Source: a virus. Taken from it: a stretch of 37,487 nt of DNA. Positions 1 through 8,300 of the stretch are shown one piece after another. A program made the translations under genes and the position numbers. Below the pieces are notes generated by a model. That model searched no databases, had not been told where the DNA came from, and saw nothing but the letters and a program-made list of their open reading frames with translations. The stretch is taken from the UHGV virus genome UHGV-0100454; one strand, written 5' to 3'. The first letter of the stretch is position 1. The number at the start of each line of letters is the position of its first letter.

Positions 1-3
1 CTC

Positions 4-54
4 TGGTGCGGATGAAGGGACTTGAACCCCCACACCGAAGTACTGGTTCCTAAG
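4..54 (-). tRNA. 3' half of tRNA-Leu(TAG), forming the attachment-site core (partial tRNA)
   Basis: Reverse complement reads CT-TAG-GA anticodon loop, ACCAG stem, long variable arm, GGGGG-TTCAAGT-CCCTT T-arm, CATCCGC-A-CCA. Similarity stops just 5' of the anticodon loop, with no D-arm or 5' acceptor strand, as expected for the duplicated fragment of a tRNA-integrating phage. Confidence 0.9.
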
Positions 55-171
55 AGCAATAATAGTTTATTTTACTATATTATTGCTTATTTTTAAGTAA
101 TTATTATTATTTAAAATAGGCTTGAAATCAAGCTTCTTTAATCACTCTTATTTTTACTTATTAAAGAATAT

Positions 172-315
172 TTATGGCGTTGCATTAAAAATTGCATTAA
201 AATACTCAAATTCATGTTTGCTTAAATAATCACTTTTTTTATTTAATATTTCCTTTATTTTTTGATAATCTTTTTCTCTTATGAATCCGTTTTCTTCTAC
301 AATTAATTTTTCCAT
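172..315 (-). CDS. Small hypothetical protein (47 aa), not in the ORF track
   Basis: AGGAG RBS, MEKLIVEENGFIREKDYQKIKEILNKKSDYLSKHEFEYFNAIFNATP*, upstream TTGACA-18-TATAAT promoter (363-392). Confidence 0.55.
   Translation of the reverse strand: MEKLIVEENGFIREKDYQKIKEILNKKSDYLSKHEFEYFNAIFNATP
179..202 (+). repeat. Integrase arm-type binding sites (left), 2x TTGCATTAAA
   Basis: GTTGCATTAAAAATTGCATTAAAA; the same tandem motif recurs at 37426-37447. Confidence 0.8.
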
Positions 316-376
316 TTTATTTTTTCTCCTTATCAGAGAAACGCGTTTCTTAATCTATAAATATTATATATTCCTT

Positions 377-417
377 TGTCGAAAAATGTCAACAAAAACT
401 CATCGCAAGTTTCGACA
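377..417. promoter_or_regulatory. Spo0A-box-like motifs (TGTCGAA 377-383; TTCGACA 411-417)
   Basis: Perfect matches to the 0A-box consensus TGNCGAA, between divergent genes; one lies in a sigma-A promoter spacer. Confidence 0.5.
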
Positions 418-499
418 CAAACCTGACGCTCCCAGCGTCATCTATCTTTTTATGTATTTTAATATTAAAATTAGGAATAATAACCTTAGGAGTAATTTT

Positions 500-823
500 A
501 TGATAGTTTTTAATATTAGGAATATAAGAAAGAGTAAAAAAATAAGTTTAAGGAAATTAAGCGATATGACTGGTATCTCACGAGCTTATCTTTATGATTT
601 AGAAAGTAATAGAAGATTTAACCCTACACTGTTTATACTGCAGAAAATTGCAGAAGTATTAGAAGTTGATATAAAAGATTTGTTTTATTCTTTAAATGAA
701 TTAGACATTTTAAAAGAAGAAATGTATCGCAGAATAGATAAATACGGAAGAAATTCAAAAGAAGTTTTAGAAGTTTCACAAGTTGTTGATTTGCTGATTA
801 ATATTAAAATGAATGAAGACTAG
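500..823 (+). CDS. XRE-family HTH regulator with C-terminal Spo0E-like domain (107 aa)
   Basis: Start at ATG 500 after AGGAG. HTH_3 pattern (IRKSKKISLRKLSDMTGISRAYLYDLES...NPTLFILQKIAEVL). C-terminal LKEEMYRRIDKYGRNSKEVLEVSQVVDLLIN resembles the Spo0E SQxLD helix pair. Confidence 0.75.
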   Translation: MIVFNIRNIRKSKKISLRKLSDMTGISRAYLYDLESNRRFNPTLFILQKIAEVLEVDIKDLFYSLNELDILKEEMYRRIDKYGRNSKEVLEVSQVVDLLINIKMNED

Positions 824-885
824 CCTCTCTCAGCTAGTCTCTGCTGTTTTCCTACAGCCCCCACAGTATTTATTTCTAAATACTT
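817..885 (-). ncRNA. Candidate small RNA with three hairpins
   Basis: Extended -10 TGCTATAAT (890-898, - strand) followed by stems 865-884 (GAAA loop), 843-858 and 817-840; no ORF. Confidence 0.4.
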
Positions 886-942
886 GTTTATTATAGCATA
901 TTGTTTTTGAAAAGTTTGTCGAATTGTGTTTTGAAAAAAATA

Positions 943-964
943 AAAGACTAGATTTACTAGTCTT
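943..964. terminator. Hairpin terminator after the DUF2283 gene
   Basis: AAGACTAG-attta-CTAGTCTT, with a T-rich tail on the - strand. Confidence 0.7.
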
Positions 965-1195
965 CTAAATTTTAATCAAAGATAAGTCAATTTCTTTAGG
1001 TAAATCAATATTTATTTTATTATCTATTTTATATTTGTAATCTAAAATAGTTACCCCAGATATCTCATCTGTTTCAATGCTCCTTCTTAAATATACGCCA
1101 TCAGATATTTCTTCACTAATAGAAGCAATTGGCTCTCCAATACTTACATACAAGATATCATTTTTCTTATCATAGTTTATTGTTAATGTCGACAT
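965..1195 (-). CDS. DUF2283-family protein (putative antitoxin)
   Basis: Start ATG 1195 after GGGAGG. INYDKKNDILYVSIG...SEEISDGVYLR...EISGVTILDY matches the DUF2283 pattern; overlaps the upstream gene. Confidence 0.8.
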   Translation of the reverse strand: MSTLTINYDKKNDILYVSIGEPIASISEEISDGVYLRRSIETDEISGVTILDYKYKIDNKINIDLPKEIDLSLIKI

Positions 1196-1529
1196 ATTGT
1201 AATCCCTCCCCATTAACACCTTGTATATCTCTGCATACAAAAGCTGTCGTTACATTTCCAATTTTATCATCTGTATATTCTACGACAGTTTTAGTATATA
1301 GGTTACTAAACTTAGAATGCACACCTTTTTTGAAAAATATACTTCTATTAGGAATGTTTTTACTTTCATAAACAACTTCTGGTGCATTAATCGTTTTTCT
1401 TATCGCCTCTGTTTCGCCTTTAAGTTCAGGATGATTATCTTCTATATGTTTTAAGTCTTCCCCATACAAAAAAATGGTTTTGTTAAAAATATCTGTTGTT
1501 TCAAATACAATATTACTCGTTTTGTCCAT
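1170..1529 (-). CDS. BECR/RelE-like (PBECR2-type) nuclease-fold protein, putative toxin
   Basis: KHIEDNHPEL...IRKTINAPEVVYES...TKTVVEY...GNVTTAF pattern; adjacent to DUF2283. Confidence 0.65.
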   Translation of the reverse strand: MDKTSNIVFETTDIFNKTIFLYGEDLKHIEDNHPELKGETEAIRKTINAPEVVYESKNIPNRSIFFKKGVHSKFSNLYTKTVVEYTDDKIGNVTTAFVCRDIQGVNGEGLQYVDINNKL

Positions 1530-1761
1530 CTTTTATACCCTCTAAATTTATTTTTCCAAAATTTTCTTCATAATCATTCATAACATTTTTCAAAATGTTT
1601 GAAAAAGCCTTTGCATGTTGAGGACTCATAGTAATCTCGCATAATCTTTTACTTTGTATCTTTCCTTCTTCTGAAGTATTATAATTAATTTTTAATTTTA
1701 CGTCAAAAGCTGTTGTTTCAATTTCAATACTATTTGTATAATAAACATTTCTTTCTTCCAT
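1513..1761 (-). CDS. DUF3467-family protein
   Basis: YYTNSIEI..TAFDVKLKI...EITMSPQHAKAFSNIL...DYEENFGKI signature. Confidence 0.8.
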   Translation of the reverse strand: MEERNVYYTNSIEIETTAFDVKLKINYNTSEEGKIQSKRLCEITMSPQHAKAFSNILKNVMNDYEENFGKINLEGIKDGQNE

Positions 1762-1774
1762 ATTTTTCTCCTTA

Positions 1775-1882
1775 TATTATAACACAAAATTTACATAATA
1801 TCAAACATTTTTATTTGCAAGTTAATATTATACCATTTTATTACATTTTGTCAAGAAAAATCATTCGACACGAAATGTCGAA
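1775..1882 (-). promoter_or_regulatory. Tandem sigma-A promoters of the cargo operon, plus an inverted pair of 0A-box-like motifs
   Basis: TTGACA-16-(TG)TATAAT (1827-1854), TTGATA-17-(TG)TATAAT downstream, and TTCGACA-N5-TGTCGAA at 1864-1882. Confidence 0.65.
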
Positions 1883-1994
1883 TTTTGGAAGGAAGTTCTT
1901 TGAAATTAAGCCAAAAACCGACCTTTCAAAATCGCTTTTAAGCCTTTTTTATTTTTAAAGAATATACTTATATGGCTTGATTTTGAGGTGTTTT

Positions 1995-2864
1995 TTAATA
2001 TTTCGAAACTAATTTACAATAATCTAAACATACCCATCCACTTGGAGTTCTTGCCCAATTATTTTTGATTTCGTACGTATCAAATCTTGTATTGTTTGCA
2101 TATGTTTTTTTGATTGCATAATTAGTTCCAGCACCAGCTCTTACATTTAATCCTGATTTAGTATTGACTACATATTTTCCTAAAACATATTTAGAAGATT
2201 CTTGAATTTCGTTATTTTCTTTACTTGTATAATCTAAACAAATCCATCCAGCACCAGATTTTAATCTTCCCCAATTTCCATTTGTTTCAACTATTGTATA
2301 TGTGCCTTTATCTCTTATGCACCCTGCTATACTATAATTTGTTCCAGCTCCGCTTCTAATATTTAAAGCATTTGCAGTTACTTTAACTAAATATTCGTTG
2401 TCAGCATTTTCTGATGATTTTGTTGCTTCTGAAACGCCATTTACTATTTCGTCAAAAGGATAATTCTTGCCAGGGCAAGCAGTTGCATTTACGTCTTTAT
2501 GCCTTAATACTTTTGTAACTCCATATTTGTTTTTCAAATAATTTACTAATTCTATTATAGAGTTCTTTTGTTCTACTGACATGGTATCTGTTTCAAAGTT
2601 TCCTTCTGCGCATATTCCTATGCTTGTATAGTTTGAACCATAAGCATGTGCTCCGACTGTATCTTCTTTTCTTCCTCTATAAATAGAACCATCTTTTCTT
2701 ACATAAAAATGATATCCTATACATGTCCAACCTTTATTCTTATGTATTCTATCAATTCCTTCTACGTCACCATTATATACAGCATGATGTAATAGAATCA
2801 TATCTGTTTTACTTCTTTTTTGTAATGTACCATTTAAAGAGTATTCTTTTTCTATTATATTCAT
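1995..2864 (-). CDS. Endolysin: N-acetylmuramoyl-L-alanine amidase (Amidase_2) with two SH3b domains
   Basis: ILLHHA...IGYHFYV...GAHA...SIGIC...HKDVNATACPG zinc-amidase motifs; two LN(I/V)R.GAGTNY...GW(I/V)CLDY repeats. Confidence 0.95.
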   Translation of the reverse strand: MNIIEKEYSLNGTLQKRSKTDMILLHHAVYNGDVEGIDRIHKNKGWTCIGYHFYVRKDGSIYRGRKEDTVGAHAYGSNYTSIGICAEGNFETDTMSVEQKNSIIELVNYLKNKYGVTKVLRHKDVNATACPGKNYPFDEIVNGVSEATKSSENADNEYLVKVTANALNIRSGAGTNYSIAGCIRDKGTYTIVETNGNWGRLKSGAGWICLDYTSKENNEIQESSKYVLGKYVVNTKSGLNVRAGAGTNYAIKKTYANNTRFDTYEIKNNWARTPSGWVCLDYCKLVSKY

Positions 2865-2865
2865 A

Positions 2866-3066
2866 TTATTTTTCCTCCTTTTCAGCTATGGCTTTTTGTC
2901 CTAATAAGTATGTACCTATTACTCCTTGTACAACTGCTATAATTTGTACTATTTGTATTGCGTAAGGTATTGTTATTCCTTCTACTGCATTAATTCCTGC
3001 TACTAATGCACTCACTATTGCTAATATGTTTGTCGCATATTTTGCTATTTTTTTTATTTTTTCCAT
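2866..3066 (-). CDS. Holin-like protein (2 TM)
   Basis: Small, two hydrophobic helices, immediately upstream of the endolysin; ATG 3066 after AAGGAG. Confidence 0.75.
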   Translation of the reverse strand: MEKIKKIAKYATNILAIVSALVAGINAVEGITIPYAIQIVQIIAVVQGVIGTYLLGQKAIAEKEEK

Positions 3067-3071
3067 AAAAA

Positions 3072-3293
3072 TCACTCCTTCATATTTTTTAAATCTCTAA
3101 TATCATGTTCTGCTTCTGTCATTCTTCCTTCTAGCTTAAAAGTCCTTTCTATTACTGTATTGTGTTTATTTACCTTTTCTTCCAACTGTTGCAATCTATA
3201 ATTTGTCAATTTGCTTGTTACTAATATGCCCCCTATTGTACCTACACAAGTTCCAAGAAAGCCTATTATTGCTACTAGTACTGTGCTATCCAA
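3072..3293 (-). CDS. Holin/haemolysin-like small membrane protein
   Basis: N-terminal TM followed by YRLQQLEEKVNKHN coiled coil, typical of Firmicute phage lysis modules. Confidence 0.7.
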   Translation of the reverse strand: MDSTVLVAIIGFLGTCVGTIGGILVTSKLTNYRLQQLEEKVNKHNTVIERTFKLEGRMTEAEHDIRDLKNMKE

Positions 3294-3327
3294 ATTCTCA
3301 CCTCCCTAAATTTGGCTATTTTTTTAT

Positions 3328-5280
3328 CTATTTGTATGTCATATATCCTTCTACTAATAATATTACAGAAGGGCAATAAGCTGTTCTTGATACCTTTTCT
3401 GCTTTAGACCATGATGAATTACATACTTCTGATGGTTCTATCATTATTTGATATACACCCTCTTTGGTTTTTCCATTTGATTGAAATATTGTTTTAATAT
3501 CATTAGATTCAAACGATTCAGTATCGTGTTTTGCATCACTCGGAGTTGTTGCTGTCCATCCATTGTCCCCTAGAGCTCCAGTTATTTCTTCATAACTATA
3601 ACTATTTGGCATTGTAAATCCACTATCTACATCTTCTGCAACTAAACTATTATTTAGATTTTTTGCTTTATATAATTTTAATTTACGCACATAACCCCAA
3701 GTTGCTGATATATCTAATCCACTCCATTTAACAGGTGTATGATAGCCTAGTACTTTTGCGCTAGTTATTTCAAATCCTTTTGGAATTGATATATTTATAA
3801 ATAACTTTTGTTTCATATCAGCATAAGAACTGTAATCTGCATAATATCCTAATATATTTGCAGTGTTTCCCGCTTCTCGAGGTTTAGCTTCTTGTATATA
3901 TGTTGTCATTAATCCATTTTCGCCAATTACTTTAGCCCCATTGAATAATTTAACATTTCCATACTCATCTACTTTAAAATTCTTTGTATCAAGGATTCCT
4001 TTAGTTAGATTAATGTTCATACCCTTTTGATTCTGCACATAATTGTTAGATGATATGTTTCCAGTCTTAATATGTTCTCCAGCAATCGTAGTAGAACTAG
4101 TTGGATCTGCTAAATCTGCAAATTTTGCAAAGCCTTTTGTTATAGTAACTACTTGCCCTGCTAAAACAGTAGTTTTTGTTCCTCCCAGCTCATCAACGAT
4201 TGCATTTGCTACAGTGTTATCTGTATATTTTAAATTATTTATAAAGTCTTGTTCTTGATAAGGTTGCCCCTCTTTCTTACTTATTTGACATATATATATT
4301 TCATTGTCTTTTATCCATAAATCTCCATTATCATAAGGCGGTGTTGGCTGTACTACAAATATTCTTCTCTTTCCATCTGCTGTATCTTGTGCTGCATTTG
4401 CTATTGCTAACGCTTCTGTTGTATCTTTATCAGTTATTTTAGTCCATTTATATGTATTATTTTCTTTTTCAAATATATATGAATAACCAGTTTCTTTATC
4501 ATAATACATATCTCCTGTGTGACTTTTTATTTCTTCCTCATTCCAGTCTTTTGCAGGACTATTTTCTAAGGTTGGCTCATCATTCATATACCATGTTGCT
4601 ATCTTTCCATCTATTTGATTGCTCATACTTTTCATAGCATTTTTATACGTTGTATTTACGAATGTATTTAAATTACTTAATACCTCGTTTGCTTTTGTAT
4701 CATCCGTATATTTAGTAGCTATTATAAAATCTGTTTCTTCAAATGTGCCACTTTCTTTGCTTACGTTACATACATACAAGTCCTTATCTTTTAAATACAG
4801 GTCGCCCTCGTTATAGGGTGGACTTGGTATTTCTGTAAATATCGTTCTCTTTCCATCTGCTGTATCTTGTGCTGTACTTGCTACTCTCAAAGCTTCAGTT
4901 ACATCACTATCAACTATTTTAGTCCATAGATATGTAGTATCTTGTTTAGCAAATCTATAGCAATAGCCTGTTGTGTTATCATAATATAAGTCTCCTAAAT
5001 GTGCATCATACCCACTCTCTTGCCATTCATTTGCAGGATAATTTTCGAGGCTTGGTTCTCCGTCTTGAAACCACGTAGTTATGCTTCCGTCTATTTGGTT
5101 TTGTAATTTAGTTACATTTTCAGTAGTAGTAGTGATAAACTGATTTAGCTCATTATTAATCTTTATTAATGACCTTAATTGAGTTTCAACATTTTTCTTT
5201 AGTCCTGCTAAAGAAGCAAGATCATATTTTCTTTCTATATCTTGTGCTGTTCTTACTCCATTACAATCTTGTTTATTCGT
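3328..5280 (-). CDS. Tail fibre/spike-like protein (~650 aa) with a duplicated ~160-aa module and a non-canonical start
   Basis: The ORF-track frame stays open 130 codons further upstream, to a TAG at 5287-5289. A strong SD (GGGAGG 5290-5295) precedes TTT-ACG-AAT-AAA-CAA-GAT. The extension contains the first copy of the QIDG.I.TW...GD.YYD..TGY repeat. Confidence 0.75.
   Translation of the reverse strand, partial: TNKQDCNGVRTAQDIERKYDLASLAGLKKNVETQLRSLIKINNELNQFITTTTENVTKLQNQIDGSITTWFQDGEPSLENYPANEWQESGYDAHLGDLYYDNTTGYCYRFAKQDTTYLWTKIVDSDVTEALRVASTAQDTADGKRTIFTEIPSPPYNEGDLYLKDKDLYVCNVSKESGTFEETDFIIATKYTDDTKANEVLSNLNTFVNTTYKNAMKSMSNQIDGKIATWYMNDEPTLENSPAKDWNEEEIKSHTGDMYYDKETGYSYIFEKENNTYKWTKITDKDTTEALAIANAAQDTADGKRRIFVVQPTPPYDNGDLWIKDNEIYICQISKKEGQPYQEQDFINNLKYTDNTVANAIVDELGGTKTTVLAGQVVTITKGFAKFADLADPTSSTTIAGEHIKTGNISSNNYVQNQKGMNINLTKGILDTKNFKVDEYGNVKLFNGAKVIGENGLMTTYIQEAKPREAGNTANILGYYADYSSYADMKQKLFINISIPKGFEITSAKVLGYHTPVKWSGLDISATWGYVRKLKLYKAKNLNNSLVAEDVDSGFTMPNSYSYEEITGALGDNGWTATTPSDAKHDTESFESNDIKTIFQSNGKTKEGVYQIMIEPSEVCNSSWSKAEKVSRTAYCPSVILLVEGYMTYK
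4365..4874. repeat. 480-bp-period internal duplication in the tail gene
   Basis: 30-bp identity TTCTCTTTCCATCTGCTGTATCTTGTGCTG at 4365-4394 and 4845-4874; protein repeat AQDTADGKR.IF...PPY..GDL..KD twice. Confidence 0.85.
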
Positions 5281-5318
5281 AAACTTCTACCTCCCTTCTT
5301 AATAAAAAGTAAGGTTAC

Positions 5319-8300
5319 CTACCAAGTAACCCTACCATCCTTATAAACTGTAAATCCTTGCAATTTTTCAAATACTTTTTGCATTTCTTCTTGTGAATAA
5401 TCTAAAGTTTTTACATAATTATATAATTTTGTCCTTTCTGCATTATTTAGTTTGTATTGCGTTCCTAGTAACAACAGTTTTTGCTCATAACTTATATTCA
5501 TACTGTTTACATATTCATACGTTTTTATTTTTGCACTTCCTGCTACAGTTTTTCCACTTGTTGTTCCATTATCTTTTTTCTCAGATTTAAAGTCTTGTTG
5601 TAAATATTTCATATATTCATCTATATCAATTCCACTTTTCTTTAATAATGGATATGTTGTATTTGTTGAAGAAAGAATATAGTTTTCATATATTGCAGAT
5701 TTCTCTTTTGATGAATAGTTTGAATTTAGAAGTATTTCTAGCTTATCCTTATCTTTCAAGCTTTGAGTCTTAGTAAGTTTTCCACTTTCTCTTTTGCTCT
5801 GTGTTTCTTTATAAACCTTTTGTTTATAATCTGCATAAGTATCTACAGAAAGTCCTCCTTTTAATTCATCATCATCAAGTTTTTGCCATTCGCCTTTTCC
5901 ATCTTTATAATAGTTTTCTCCTCCTGCTTTATATGAATTTTTAGTTTTAATTCCAGTATTATAGTTGCTTAATCCTTTTTCTGCTAATGTATTGATTTTT
6001 TCTTGAATTTCTCTAACTTTTGCTGTTTTTTCTTTATTAGAAATATTACTCATTTGTATTTTTCTTTTTTCTTTATATAGGTCCCCCATTTCTTTTGAAA
6101 CACTATTCAAGTATTTTAATTGTAATTGATCCTCGTCTGTTGCAAAAGAATCATTTGCAATTTGTGTTTGTTTTTCTAATGTTTCATAGAATTTTCCAGG
6201 GTATTTATTTTTAAATACACTGTCTGCTGTAAACTTATCAACTATAACATTTTTCTTTGCCTGTGGAGTTATTGCTGGTAAAAGTATATCTCCTATTCCT
6301 CCACTATATTGATCTAATAAATAATTTATCTTTTTAGGACTCACATTAAGTTTCTCTCCTAACCATTTACTTAAATTATCTGTTGTTTCATCATATTGGT
6401 TTTTAGGTAGTTCTTTTTGTAATCTACTTGATACTAAGTCTCCACCATACCATGTCTTATTGTTTTTTACAGCTATTACTGGTGCTAATATATTGTCTTC
6501 TAAAGGATTGTTTGGTGCAATTTGATTAACTACAGTATCTTTAAAGCCCTTCCATGAGTCTTTTTCTCCTTCTGCAGTTTCTAATGTTCTTCTTGCTGCA
6601 GATCCAAATATACTTAAAACTCTTCCTTTTGGTATTTTTGCAAAATTGCCGTCAGCCTTTTTAAATAGATAGTATTCATCTTTTATATAATCTGATAATT
6701 TTTTATACTCATCATCATCTTTTAATAGTATATGATTTAATACTGCTGGTGCAACTCCCATTACTGTTGCTTTTACTAATAAATTAACATATCCTTTTGC
6801 TCCGTTCTCCCTAGAAAAGTTTCTAAACTGTTTATCTAATCCTTGTATAGAGGCATTCAGGAAATTGGCTCCATTCCTATTTATTGCTTTAGTAATGTCT
6901 CCGCCTCTTTTAAAGTTGGTTGTTATCTCTGCTGCATTATATAGTGCTTCGTTTAAGCTTTTGCCGTCTTCTAAAGTAGAAATAAATTCAGAAAGCCTTG
7001 GTAATTGTTCAACTATTTCGTTTGTACTTCTTATTTTTTCTATAATTTTATTTCCTTTCTTCTTTACTCCTTTGTCATATTCAAAATATGTGTTATTCAT
7101 TCCTCCATTAGCCATATACGATTCATAATACTTACCTTTTGTAACAATTTCATTAAGTGCTTTTCCGTAATTCTTAAAGAATTTTTTAGAATATTTAGAA
7201 TTGAATGCTCCATCTTGAATATCTTTAAAGAAGTTTGTTACTATAAACAGAGGATTGTCTGAAGTTAGCAGACTTCTGTGTAGATTAGTAACTTTTTGCA
7301 ATGCTTTTACAGGAAGTGTTGATTCAACTTTGCTCCTTTCACTTGGTCTTAAAGATTCATATAGTTTATCATTTATCTTTAATTTTTGTAGTTTTCCATC
7401 CTCAAAATATGTATAATATTTATTTCCTTTTTGATCTGTATCTACTAATGTGTCTAATTCGAACAATAACGATGGGGCTACCTCTACATCTATATTCTCA
7501 TCTACTTTTGCATTTACTAAAGTTTTAGCTAATTCTTGCCCTAGTTTATTTTGATTTATAAGTCTTTTTATTCTAATAGCTTGTCCTGCTAGTCCATCTT
7601 TTAATGGCTGAATGTCTGTACTTCCACCTTTTAATCTTTTTAATGGTCCTGCTGCTCCTGTTTTCTCATTATCTCCAACATAAGAATTGCCATCGAAATT
7701 TCTTGAAATTGGTATATAGTTAGGGTACATTGTTTCTATATAATCAATAGTATCTTGTGTTATCATTCCAGCATCTTTTAAATTCAATAAATTATTATGA
7801 TTAAATTCTTTTATTTCTTTTGCATATTTTTTAAATTCTGGATGCTTTTGTTCTAGTTCTAATGCTATTGCAGAAGATTCTGTAGTTCCTATATCTCTTC
7901 CTATAATATATTTTCCTCTTTCACTTGTATTTGCATTATGCATATTGACTAAATAATCGCTAAATTCTTTAGTTAGTTTGGCTTCTTCTATTGGCTTCCA
8001 TATATCATTGATAGATTTGCCTATTTTCTTTCCATTATTATCTGTTTGTGCAACACCAATAACATATTGTCCTTCTGCAAAAGAATTTAAATTTCTATCA
8101 TATATAAATTTAAGTTCTGGATTCTTTGCATCTTCTGATAGTTTATCTATATAGTGTCCTTTATTTACAAATTTTTGTGCTAAAATATCTAAACTGTCTC
8201 CAAATTTATATTTATCACTAGCATATTTTTCTAGTATTTTAGCCTTTTCTTTTTTAGTTAGTACTTCTGTTTTGCCTTCTTTTTCGTATATCTTATTCAA

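Noticed and set aside
4..54. Complete functional tRNA-Leu
   Set aside because: Only the 3' half is present; the 5' anticodon stem, D-arm and acceptor strand are missing.
281..499. N-terminal extensions in the ORF track (also 34592-34717, 17542-17595, 24053-24112)
   Set aside because: They overlap promoters or RNA structures; better starts with SD sequences lie downstream.
4365..4874. Diversity-generating retroelement TR/VR pair
   Set aside because: No reverse transcriptase in the window; both copies are in-frame coding and differences are not adenine-specific.
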